A stretch of 64,000 nucleotides of DNA from Raja brachyura (lineage: Eukaryota), in NCBI GenBank assembly GCA_963514005.1, contig OY740786.1, positions 30,318,001-30,382,000 on the forward strand. Direction: 5' to 3'. The notes below the pieces were generated by a model, which saw only the letters and a list, made by a program, of their open reading frames with translations, ran no database searches and was not told where the DNA came from. The position numbers and the translations under genes are program-made. Shown here in pieces: positions 1 to 11,845 of this stretch; the stretch's first letter is position 1, and every line of letters begins with the position of its first letter.

Positions 1-467
1 ATGCACTCCTCAGAAGAACTCTTCACCATTATGGCTCCCAGCCTACAGGTCTCTGATCTGAACAACTAACTTCTTCCCTATTTTAAATCTCCTCCACCCA
101 CCCCCCACCCCCCCTATTTCCCTCTCCTCCTCGGCTCTCTTGTTCACTCACACCTTCCCTGCCTCCCCCCCTCCCTCTCGCAGGGCTTGGTTCAAAGGGG
201 GCAACGAGCCAAGTGGGGTCTGAACCCTTTCTGAAAACGATCGCAAAGAGAAAAAAAAAGTATTGTCAAGTGCTCCAAACTTCGTTTAAAGTAAGTAAAT
301 GCAACCTTGGCTAATAATTTAAAAATAAATCCTTATACAAAGCCAACACCCTACAAACTCTCTGTCTCTCACGCTGGCTTTTGCCTTCTGGGGGATGTGT
401 GTCGGAGAGAGGGGGTGTGGGTGTGGAGGGGATCCGATGTAAATGTTACCACTGTAGGATGGCAAGG

Positions 468-667
468 NNNNNNNNNNNNNNNNNNNNNNNNNNNNNNNNN
501 NNNNNNNNNNNNNNNNNNNNNNNNNNNNNNNNNNNNNNNNNNNNNNNNNNNNNNNNNNNNNNNNNNNNNNNNNNNNNNNNNNNNNNNNNNNNNNNNNNNN
601 NNNNNNNNNNNNNNNNNNNNNNNNNNNNNNNNNNNNNNNNNNNNNNNNNNNNNNNNNNNNNNNNNNN
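468..667. other. Assembly gap (200 N)
   Basis: Run of N from 468 to 667. Confidence 0.99.
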
Positions 668-1126
668 GCAAAGTTATATACAACGGGCTTGTACGCGGTG
701 GCAAGAGCGGTTTCCTTTGTTCTCCAGGGCTTCAGAGAGATCGGAGAGAATTAAGCCTCCCCCACACACCACTCCTAACCCAACAGCCTTGTCACCCCAG
801 ACAGATTAATGACGCCCCCCCCCACTTCAACTCACGCCTGGGCACCATAGCAGCTCAGGAGGCAAACCCTGAGCTCCGTCTCCCAACAACCTGATGTAAA
901 AGAACAGTTATTAAAACATACCTTAAATCACGGTTGGCTCAAGAGTAATGGGAGAGGAACTTGGTAACTCGGGAGAGGAACTTGGAACATCGCATAAATG
1001 ACATACCCATGGGAATTTGGTTAAACATTTGATCATAAACTTGAAATCTCGTACACAACCACGAGTCTGTTTTTTTTCTTTCACTTGGGGTCACTCGTGG
1101 TGGACTCGCACCGTGAGACAGGCCCT
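668..1126. mobile_element. Partial non-autonomous DNA transposon (right TIR only; left end probably lost in the gap)
   Basis: Ends GTGAGACAGGCCCT followed by TTAA (1127-1130). This matches the reverse complement of the AGGGCCTGTCCC termini at 26031 and 34049. Confidence 0.45.
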
Positions 1127-1129
1127 TTA

Positions 1130-3360
1130 AGAGTTTGTTTGAAGATATGTTTAATAGTTTGATGGCTGTGGGGAAGAGCTGTTCCTGAACCTGGATGTTG
1201 CAGATTTCAAGCTCCTGTACCTTCTACCTAATGGCAGCGGAGAGATGAGTGTGTGGCCAGCATGGTGTGGGTCCTTGATGATCTTGGCAGCCTTTTTGTG
1301 GCAGCGACTGCGATAGATCCCCTCGATGGTAGCCGGTCAGAACTGGTGATGGCCTGGGTAGTATTCACAAATCTTTGCAGCCTTTTCCGCTCCTGGACGC
1401 TCAAGTTGCTGAACCAAGCCACGATGCAACTGGTCAGCATGCTCTCTACTGTGCACCTGTAGAAGTTCAAGAGAGTCCTCCTTAACATACTAACTCTCCG
1501 TAATCTTCTCAGGAAGTAGAGGCGCTGATGTGCTTTCTTTATAATTGCATCAGTGTGCTGGACCAGGAGAGATCTTCGGAAATAAGCACGCCCTGGAATT
1601 TGAAGTTCTTGACCCTTTCCACCATCGACCCGTTGACATAAACGGGATTGTGGGCCACTGTCCTGTTCCTTCCAAAGTCCACAATCAGTTCCTTGGTTTT
1701 GCTGGCGTTGAGAGCCAGGTTATTGTGCTGGCATCATTTGGTCAATTGGTTGATCTCACTTCTATACTCTGACTCATCAGTGATGCATCCTACAACAGTG
1801 ATGTTGTAGGCAAACTTGATGATGGAGTTCGCCCTATGTCCGGCTACGCAGTCATGAGTATAGAGTGAGTAAAGGAGGGGGCTGAGCGCGCAGCTTTGAG
1901 GTGCTCCCGTGCTGATTGTTATCAAGGATGACACATTTCCACCAATATGGATAGCTGTGCTCTGTGAATGAGGAAGTCAAGGATCCAATTGCAGAGGGAT
2001 GCGCAGAGGTCCAGATCTGAGAGCTTGGTAACCAGCTTGGAGGGGACGATGGTATTAAATGCTGTAGTCAATGAATAACAGCCTGCCATATGAGTTTTTG
2101 TTGTCCAAGTGGCCCAGAGCAAAATGGAGATCGAGTGAGATCGCATCCACCATTGATCTGTTGTGGCGGTAAGCGAACTGCAGTGGGTCCAGGTTTATGT
2201 CGATGTAGGAGTTGATATGCGCCATGATCAACCTCTCAAAGCACTTCATCACCACGGACGTTAGTGCCACTGGTTGATCGTCATTGAGGCACATCACCTT
2301 GCTTTTCTTGGGCACCAGTATTATTGGATGCCCTTTTAAAGCAGATGGGAACCTCAGACCTCAGAAGTGAGAGGTTGAAAATGTCCGTAAAGACTCCAGC
2401 CAGTTGGTCCGCAGTTTTTTAAACCACGAACGGGTATACCATCAGGTTCAGATGCTTTTCGAAGGTTCACCCCTCTGAAGGATCTTCTGACTTCAGCCTC
2501 TGTGACTGTGACTGAAATATCATCATGGCGAAAGGGGGCTTGAGAAGGCACATCAGTGTTCTCCCGATCAAAGCCTGTGTAAAACGCATTGCGCTCGTCA
2601 GGTAGTGATGCTTCGCTGACATTTGAACTGCCTCCTGATTTCATTCAGGCCACGCCACAGCTGCCTAACATCCGCAGAAGTTCCTTTTGGCCTTTTTGAT
2701 GGCCTTACCAAGGTCGTATCTGGACTTCTTATAGATCTCTGCATCGCAGGACCTGAATGCCTGGGATCTAGTCTTCAGAGAAATGCGGAGCTCATGGTTC
2801 ATCCAAAGCTTCTGTTTAGGAAATACTCTGAAGGTTTTTGTTGGGATGTAGTCCTCCACACATTTCTTTATGAAGTCTGTGATGACTTAGTGTATTCATT
2901 CAGGTCCGTTGCCGAGTCCCTGAACATTGCCCAGTCTACAGACTCCAAACAGCCTTGGAGTTGTTCCTATGCCCCCCCCCCCCCAACCAGCTTTGTATAG
3001 TCCTCACCTCTGGGGTGCGCTTTTCAATTGCTGCACCAAGAAGCAGCACCGCAGTATGGTCGATTTACCAATGTGAGGGTGAGGGATACAGCGATAGGTA
3101 TCTTTGATGGTCATGTAGCAGTGGTCGAGGGTGTTTGCTCCTTGGTGCTGCAGGAAGCATGTTGTGGGAAGTTAGGGAGTGATTTCTTAAGGTTGGCCTT
3201 GTAGAAATCCCCAGCTATGGTGGTGAACGTTTCAGGGTAAGCCGTCTGTTGCTTGTTGACCATGGCGTGCAGCTACTCCAGTGCCAGATGGACATCTGCC
3301 TGGAAAGGAATGTAGACCATGGTCAGGATTATGGAGGTGAATTCCGCAGTATGATAATGT
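1130..3360 (-). mobile_element. Decayed Rex1/Babar-clade LINE (endonuclease remnant, RT, C-terminal domain)
   Basis: Frameshifted ORF pieces: [79 protein letters not shown]. Confidence 0.9.
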
Positions 3361-3369
3361 TCAGTCAAT

Positions 3370-3997
3370 CTTCCTCCATTTGTTCACTCGTGGGCGGGGC
3401 CTTGAACCCTCTGCAGTCGCCGCTCTGGACAGCTCGATGTTGGGATGATCGAAACTGCGAAGTCGGGACGGTTCAGAACACACTCTGCGGCGTAGTTCCA
3501 GAATTGGTTGCTTCTTACCAGAGACCGTGGCTCTACGATGTTAAAGACCACAGGCTAGCGGTCGGAGCACTTCTTCTGGCGATCACTGGCAAGGGATCCC
3601 AGGCTCCACGATGGTAAGTCTGTGCCACGCCTGCAACTAGAAGCTCCAAAGACTGCTGCAGTTAGCAGTTCCTCACTGTCGGAGCACCAATACTAGCGAC
3701 TCTTGGCAAAGGATCCCAGGCTCCGCGATGGTAAGTCCGCCATGCCTGCTGCTGAAGGTCTGGAGATGCTGCACTAAACCAGTTGTTAGGCCGCGAGGGG
3801 ATCGAAGATGCGACATGGATAAAAGTCGCATCTCCGTCGAGGTAAGTGACTTAAAAACTTTCCTCTTATTTCCCCCACCAACCTCCACATAAGACATACT
3901 GAGAAACATTAAATCACACATTAGGCCGCACTAAAAATAACAAACAAAAGTTGAAAAGGCAGACGGGCTGCTGGTGAGGCTGCCGCTCGCCATGCCA
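3370..3997. repeat. CpG-rich module with an internal ~117-bp duplication, probably the 5' region of a retroelement
   Basis: TGGCAAGGGATCCCAGGCTCCACGATGGTAAGTC at 3587 is repeated at 3704; it abuts the 5' side of the Rex1 copy. Confidence 0.4.
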
Positions 3998-4004
3998 TCC
4001 AATG

Positions 4005-4630
4005 ACATATATTAGCCTTCATAACAAGAGGAGTAGTGTATAGGATCAAAGGGTTCCTTCTGCAGTTGAACAGGGCCATAGTGAGCCCACACCTGGATTA
4101 TTGTGTACAGTTTTGTTCTCCATATTTGAGGAAGGAGATTCTTGTTATTGAGGGAGTGCAGAGTTGGCGCACAAGGTTAATCCCAGAGATGACAGGACTG
4201 CAATATGTTAATAGAATGGAGCGGCTGGGCTTGTATACTCTGAAATTTAGAAGGATGAGAGGATATCTTACTGAAACATATAAGATTATTAAGGTTTGGA
4301 GAGGCAGGAAACATGTTCCCGTTGTTGGGGGGAGTCCAGAACAAGGGGCCATAGTTTAAGTATAAGGAGTAAGCCATTTAGAACGGAGATGAGTAAAAAC
4401 TTTTTCACACAGAGGATTGTGAATCTGTGGAATTCTCTGCCTCAGAAGGCGGTGGGGGCCAATTCTCTGGATGCTTTCAAGAGAGAGTTCTTAAAGATAG
4501 CGGAGTTGGGAAATATGGCGAGAAGGCAGGAACGGAGTACTGATTGTGGATGATCAGCTATGATCACATTGAATGGTGGTGCTGGCTCGAAGGTGCTGAC
4601 TCCTGCACCTATTGTCTATAATGTGCCTAT
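4005..4630 (+). mobile_element. CR1-clade LINE 3' fragment
   Basis: LNRAIVSPHLDYCVQFCSPYLRK, SRTRGHSL, NFFTQRIVNLWNSLPQKAV, followed by a CR1-type 3' UTR. Confidence 0.9.
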
Positions 4631-5894
4631 TTATAAAGCACAAGCCAACATGTTTTATTTTAACTTCATTCTCAACACAACCATCCACTTTCAGCATACT
4701 GTGCACATGTATCCCGGATCTCTGTACTTATGCCCCTTTTACCATTGCATTTTCTGTTTTATTTCTGCTGACCAAATTCTTCCAACCAAAATATCACACT
4801 CCACATTTCCTAGCATTACATTTCACTGAAATTTAAATGGATCCCTGACCACCAAAAAAAAAGCACCGGAATAGTAATTAGATTTTGGTCAGTGGGTAAT
4901 ATTGTTACAGCTATCTCTTGTCCTCACCAATCAAGGTTCAGTTCCACTGAAGTTAATGTGGCTCAGTTTTGGAAGGATTTAAAGATAGTGCAGTTTCCAC
5001 TTCTCTGTTTCAATGTCTGCAGTAATCCAATTAAGATTCAAAATACTGTGACGGCAAAAGCAAAGTACTGTGAATGCTGGAAATATAATTAAAAACATAT
5101 ATATTGTTGGAAATCCGCAACAGTTCAGGCAGCACATGAGATGAGAGAAATGGATTTTAAACCACACTGATGACCTTTCTCCAAACTTAGACATTGCAGA
5201 ACTGGTGTGATCACTGTTCGATTAAGCCATTTCATCATCAGTTGCAGACAGCTCAATGCTGCCAAAATAGGTTATCACATGGATAGCAGCTGGAAGATTA
5301 TTGTTAGTAATTCCGAATCAGTCCATAGCGGCTTTGTCTAATTTAGCGTAATAATTGCAGTCTTATGATAAATATATCAGGTCATCCATTAAACAAACAC
5401 TCTGCTTCAAGCAGTAGCTCTGTGGTGACACTATCACAGAGGGGAAGGTGGATTCCGGCTCATTTAGAACTGAATAATCTCACAAGGATGAATTCACAAA
5501 ACCAGTATGTTTACCTTGGAGCACACACTGATACACAAAGTTTCAATGGGATTAGGGAGGTGAATAGAGGGAAGCTGTTTTCATGAGTGAATAATATAAA
5601 AAGTGGGGGTGCCACAAAGGTAAAATCTTTAGTGAGAAGTTACTGCAGGATGCAGAGAAAGGGTTTTAATGAAGAGAATAATTGAGGTCCAGAATTCAAG
5701 GTTTTCAAGGTTTCAATGTCAATTTATTGTCACATGTATCAATTACAGTGAAATTTGAGTTCACAGCCTGAAGGTGTAACGGGGGTAGAAATAATCAGAC
5801 CTTTCAAAAGGGAATTTCCTGGGCATGAAGGAGGAAGACATATTGCACACTGAGGATCACTAGCTGTTATGGGGCTCACAGTCATGGAGGGATA

Positions 5895-6680
5895 GAATCG
5901 TGGTTATACAGCAAGAAAACAAGCCCTTTGGCCCGATTCGTCCATGCCGACCAAAATGCCCCATCAAAGATAGTCCCATTTGCCTGCGTTTGGCCCATAT
6001 CTCTCTCAACTTTTCCCGTTTATGTACCTGAAGACATGTACCTGTCCAAATATATTTTTAATTGCTGTTTATGTACCTACCCCAGCTACTGCCTGGCAGC
6101 TTGTTTCATATGCCCACCACCCGTTGTGTGTAAAATCTTCTTACCTTAAACCTATGCCCTCTAGTTCTTGATTTTCCTATCCTAGGTAAAAGATTCATTC
6201 ACTGTACCCATTTCTCCCATGATTGTGTACACCTCTGTAAGATCACCCCTCAGCCGCCCTGCGCTCCAAGGACTCATCGGAACATGCCTAATCACTTCCT
6301 GTCGCTCAAATCCTGGCAACACCCTTGTAAATCTTCCGTGTATCCTTTCCAGCTTGATACCATATTTTCTATATGAGGTGACAAAACTGAACACAATACT
6401 CCAAATGCTGCCTCACCAATGTCTTGTACAATTCTAACTCAACATCCCAACGTCTGTATTCAATTCCTTGACCAATGAAGGCCAACGTTTCAAACATATT
6501 TTCCACCACCCAATCAACTTATGATGCCACCTTTGGGGAACTATGTACTTGTACTCCTAGATCCCTCTGTTCTGTAACACTCCACAGAGTTCTACTGTTT
6601 ATTCAGGAACTGCTCTGTTTCCACTTCCCAAAATGAGTCACCTCATACTTATCTGAATTAAAAGTTTGAATTAAACTACC
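5895..6680 (-). mobile_element. CR1-clade LINE 3' fragment
   Basis: KLERIHGRFTRVLPG, RLRGDLTEVYTIM, DKYEVTHFGK; 3' tail near 5900. Confidence 0.8.
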
Positions 6681-7454
6681 CATTTCCAACGATCTTCTGG
6701 TGTGTGATGGAAGCTGCCGAATCCCCACCTCTTCATTCCGCTGAGCAACAGTCCTCAGCCTGGAGATATTTCTCCAGTGACAAACTAGCAAGGGGTGTTG
6801 AGACTGAACCTACTGGATGGTCTGTCAATGCACAATGCAGTCACTGGCAGACTACAATGATGCCCCACTCACTGTGCCAACCCGGATGCAGACACGAGCC
6901 TGAAATCTCAGCGGTGAGCGACCTCACCCCTCATCCTAGAATCAAGAGCGACTCCCATAGGCTGCCCTCGAGCACCTGGGATTGCTGAACCGTGGCGACG
7001 GGGGTTGCTGTGGGAAGTCAGGTTGGTGCCAAGTTTCCAGCAGAGCAGAGTCAAAGGCAGGGCTTTACCACCAAGTTCCTGCCACAGCACCAGTGGCTGT
7101 AATGCATCCTTCTATATATAATGCCATAACAATGCCTTTTAGCATTGATTCGATTGATGTTCTTTTCCCCAGGAATGCATCCTAAACATGAAGTGAGGTA
7201 CAAATGTAATTTATCAGGCTACGGAGACTACAGGGACTATTGGGATTATTATATTTGGTGAATGGCCTCCCTGTGCCACCACAATTCCATGATATTAGCT
7301 TTAGGGAAGAGTTGAAATTGTGATAAATTTCTCATTTTGATTGACCCAGATAGATTCCGTAACTAGCTGCATTTATCAGCTGCAGCTAGAACGGCAGGTG
7401 GATAACTAGAGGTGAATAGCTGACAGCTCCATAGTGGGTAGCACGCTGGTGTAT

Positions 7455-7760
7455 CTGATAGAGTAGTCTCGCAGCTACAATGACCCAAGTTCAATCCGTA
7501 TCTTCAGTATTGAATGTGTGGAGTTTGTATGTTCTCCCTGTGCCCATGCAAGCTTCCTCCTGGTGCCCTGGTTTCCTCCTATACTCTGAAGACATGTGGC
7601 CTGTCACGTTAATTGGACACTGTAAATTGCCTCATGTGTGCGGGTGAGTGGTATAACCTGGAGATATTAAGGGAAGTAAGGCGAAAATAAAATGAGATTA
7701 GTATAAATGAATGTGGACATGCTGAGCTGAAGAGCTTGTTTCTATGCTGTATCACTCTAT
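7455..7760 (+). mobile_element. Decayed tRNA-derived SINE (HE1-like)
   Basis: B-box-like AGTTCAATCC, core TGTGTGGAGTTTGTATGTTCTCCC, CR1-like tail GAAGAGCTTGTTTCTATGCTGTAT; resembles the copies at 33380 and 51697. Confidence 0.7.
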
Positions 7761-8979
7761 AAATATTTCACTTGCCAGTGGAGATATCTCAGACCTGATT
7801 GTCTGCCAATATATGCATTCTCGTAGAGTACATATCTTTCCAGAAGTAATTTATGTAATTGGCTTGGGAGAAAGCCTTGAAGTAGTCTTCACTTACTTTC
7901 TCTAACCTTTCTTTCTCTCCTCTCGCTTCTACTTTTTCTCTTTCACCTTTTCCTCCCGACCATTCTCCTTTTTCTTCCCAATCCCCATCATCTTCTTTTC
8001 CTCTTCATAGTCTTTCCTACCCCTTAAGCATGGTAATGATCATTTAAATTTTAAGTTAATAAAACATCCCAAATCCTTCACCAGCAACCAGGAACTGAAA
8101 AATGCATGACAAAATGTGAGGGAAGATATGTTTAAAGACATGATGAAGACTGATCATAATGAAATGAGGACATTCAAAAACATTGGGGGCAAAAAAATTG
8201 ATCTCAATCCCTTATGCTTAGCATCCCCATTGTCCCAAGTTACTCTCAGTTTTACAGAGCAATAATATACAGACCTTATTTCACATAGGCTATCAAAGAC
8301 ACATTTCTACTTGTTGTCTAATGGGAACAAAAGCTGCATTCAGTTCAATAAGGAAACAGCAGTGGTTTTATTCACTTGAAAGACTTTGTCTAACCTCCGT
8401 CCTGCTTACTCTCCCCTTCAAGATTCAACTTTTCCAACTAACTCTCGAATTGCCTTCTAAAGAATTCATGGACACTGCTTTGACAATTGTTTCTGGCACT
8501 GAATTAGACATTCTAACCTCCCTCTGAGCAAATGCATTTTTATAACTTCCTGACTTCTATTGTGATTATTTTACATCCGTGCCTGCTGAAGAACATCACA
8601 TCAACAAATGGTAACACTCTCTGACCTCTAGCAGGTCACCATGAACCTTTTCAGCTGCAGACGAAATTGTTTGGAATTCTCAAGTTTCACTTTGTCTCCT
8701 TCAGTCCGTGACATCCCAATGAAGCTTTACCACACACGACTGAACAATTTCAAATGCCTCCTGGAGTGAAGGAGCCAAATATATACACAATACTAAAGGA
8801 TATGTAAGTGTAGAGATTAACCCAATAGATTATTAGGCAGGATGACTACAACAATGATTCAGAGACCTTGTTTATAAAAATGTAAAAACAAAATAAATTG
8901 AAATCAAATTTAGGTATTCAGTTCTTTAATAAAGCTTTGTTAATTGATATGATTGTGGCCAATCCATTCAAAGAATTTA

Positions 8980-9490
8980 ATGTTCCCATTCTCTCCCCAA
9001 ACTCTTTGATGCTTTTTTAAATTCTATCTACCTTCTCTTTAAGGATATTCATTAATTTGGCCTCCTCCATCTTCTCTGCAAAAGATTCTACAGGTTCAAC
9101 CGACCTCTGAGTGAAGACGATTTTCCTTATCTGGTCCAAAATGTCTTAGCCGTATCCTATGAAGATGATCCTTCATTCTAAACCACCCCCCACCACCAGG
9201 GAAGACATCCATCTACATCCAGTCTGCCAAAACCCTGTCAATGTTTGTATATTTGAAATCTGCTGAAATCTGACGCATTCTCTCCTGAAATGATAGGTCA
9301 GGAGTTATTTGAATGAACCTTGGCTGCATTCCATCCAAGACAAATATATTAATCAATAGTAAAGGAGATCAAGACTATAAACAGTCCTCCACGTGTGGTC
9401 TCACCAATGCCCTATATAATACTAGTAGGCATCCTTGTTATATGCTCCAAACTTTATGCAATGAAATCCAGCATACCTTGTGCCTGCTTA
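8980..9490 (-). mobile_element. Highly decayed CR1 fragment
   Basis: CTCCACGTGTGGTCTCACCAATGCCCTATATAA is the reverse complement of the LYRALVRPHLE coding segment. Confidence 0.6.
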
Positions 9491-10189
9491 AGGTGTTGAA
9501 CCCTCTTGATTGCTCTCAGTTTAAATCCAAGGACAGTAACATTTAAATTCAGCTAAAATAATCGGGAGTAGTTGTAATGGCAACTAATCTGGTAAGCTAT
9601 TTATAAAATGTACCAGCAAACAAAATATATATTTTGGGAACAAAATACATTATTGTTTCTTGATTTGGCCTACACATGATTCTGGGATCAAATGTATTGC
9701 CTTATAAAACAATTAGATCAAGAGCACAGGGAAGGAGAGTGATTAGAGTATTTACCAATAACACCTGTGAATTATATACTTTGTTTAGAGGGCATAATTG
9801 CACTACCACACATTTTTTTGTTATTTAAATTAGTTTCAAAGGTTTAAATTTAGTTTCAGTATGAATGGGCTTATTTATTATATGAAATAGCATAATATGA
9901 TTTTTTAACATTGTTTCAATTTTCTCATGTGCCCCAATGGTTTGTGGATGCAGAAGATGTTCAGCATCATCCAGTGACCTCGATCATACTGACAGTTCAA
10001 CTACTTTACCTGCTGTCAGAGGTATTGTGTTAAGCCTGCACATGTGCTTCCCAAAAAAAGTGGCGCAGCAATTGCAATTTATAACAATAACCTGTTAATC
10101 ATCATCGTAATTAACTGAATTTAAATGCTTTTGTGGTTGGATCTGAACCAAACAGCATACAGGTGTGGCAAGTATTAGATATATTGATC

Positions 10190-10365
10190 GTCATTATAAA
10201 GGGAGCCTGAAAGCAAAAATGCTTGCTCGTTTTACACAGGACCTTGTGGAGACCACACCTGGAGGACTGTGTGCAGTTTTGATCTCCTAACAGAAGAATG
10301 GATATACTTGCCAAAGAGGGAGCACAGCGAGTGTACATCAGTCTGATCCCTGGGGTGATGGAGCT
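10190..10365 (+). mobile_element. CR1 RT fragment
   Basis: TTGTGGAGACCACACCTGGAGGACTGTGTGCAGTTT (RPHLEDCVQF). Confidence 0.7.
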
Positions 10366-10959
10366 GATATCTGAGTCATGCGAAAAATCAGGAACCCAAG
10401 CACATCAAGGGAGACTGTGCCAGGTGCCATACTGGCACAGGGACTGGTGTCTAATGAACTCAAGGCAAAACAAGGAATCTTGAAGTTTGTAAAAATGCGT
10501 AGATTCACAAACATTGGAGAGTAGATCTACTTCCTCGGAGGATCAAAAAAACTGAAAACATCTACTTTTGCCTTGAGTTTACTGGATAGTCCCTGTGCAG
10601 CAGGGGTCTTGGCATATTATTTTGTGAGGAACATGGCTCCCATCACTATGGCATGGCCCAGCCTATTGTAGAACAGGTAGCCAGAGAGAGATATGTTTTC
10701 ATTCATCTAAACATCTAACACGTCTAATTGATCTAATCTCTCCTCAGAGGACAGTCATGCCATCCCAGGAACTCTTGTTGCACCTTGGCTGTGACAAGGT
10801 TCCTTACATACCTCTTAAAATGGCAAAATCAACTGACTATGGCCTGCCGGGTTATAGTGCATCCAGCCATGGGAACGCAAACAGTGACCAGCACAGCAGC
10901 TGCCTGCCAACAGACCATGGCCCGCGGCCCGCTGGGAGCTTCTGACTCCGCGAGGCTAA

Positions 10960-11190
10960 CTGGGTCCAGCAATGATGATGTCATCGGCGAATGTGAAGAT
11001 AGAGTTGGAACTGTGTCTGGCTATACCATCGTGAGTGCAGAGTGAGTAGATTAGGGGGCTGAGCGCGCATCCTTGAGGTGCTCCTCTGCTGATAGTTATT
11101 GAGGTTGCTGCCAATTTGTACAGATTGTGGTCTGTGGATGTTGTAGCTCTGTGGGATCTCAACCAGATTAACCCTGTGCTTCACCAGGTA
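10960..11190 (-). mobile_element. Rex1/Babar RT fragment
   Basis: GAPQGCALSPLIYSLCTHD...FTFADD. Confidence 0.8.
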
Positions 11191-11579
11191 CTCTATAATC
11201 TAATGCCATAGTGCATTGTTTACCTACAATATAACATAACCAACTGGCATATGGGAACATACAAATTAGAAGCAGGAGTAGGCTGCCCAGTCCCTCAAGC
11301 CACCGGAGTATTCAAGAATATCATTACTGATGTGACTGTAATATCAAATCAGGTCAAGTTAATAGTAAGATTAAATGAGAACTTACCAGTTTGGAGTTTG
11401 ATCTTTATTTTATGAGGAGTTACGATGAGGGATTACGTGAAGACCCCGCCAGCACGCATGCGCGACATTCTTCAAAGCAGTGGTGTGAAATCACAGATAG
11501 TCACGTAGACTAACATAGTAAGATAAGAGAGAACTTTCATACCAGTTGATCTTTATAATAGAGGGTTGGGAGCGGAGGG

Positions 11580-11692
11580 CACGTAATCCCTCATCGTAAC
11601 TCCTCATAAAATAAAGATCAAACTTCAAACTGGTAAGTTCTCGTTTAATCTTACTATTTTACTTCGGAGTCACGTGAGTGACTACGTGAAGA
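11580..11692. repeat. DIRS internal complementary region (ICR)
   Basis: 11580-11658 is the reverse complement of 11361-11439 (2 mismatches in 79). 11656-11692 is the exact reverse complement of 16114-16150. Confidence 0.95.
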
Positions 11693-11845
11693 TTTCAAAG
11701 CTCTGTGATTTCATGCCCTGGAAGCTCCATGCTCACTATGCTGGGATAAGAGGATGAACGTAATTCAGACATGACACTGGCTGAAAAACAAAAATAGGTA
11801 TTTATTCATACCAAAACAAATATATATATATCCCATAAGGGTAAA

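Noticed and set aside
307-894. ORFs of 111-195 aa
   Set aside because: They are open only because they read through the 200-N gap.
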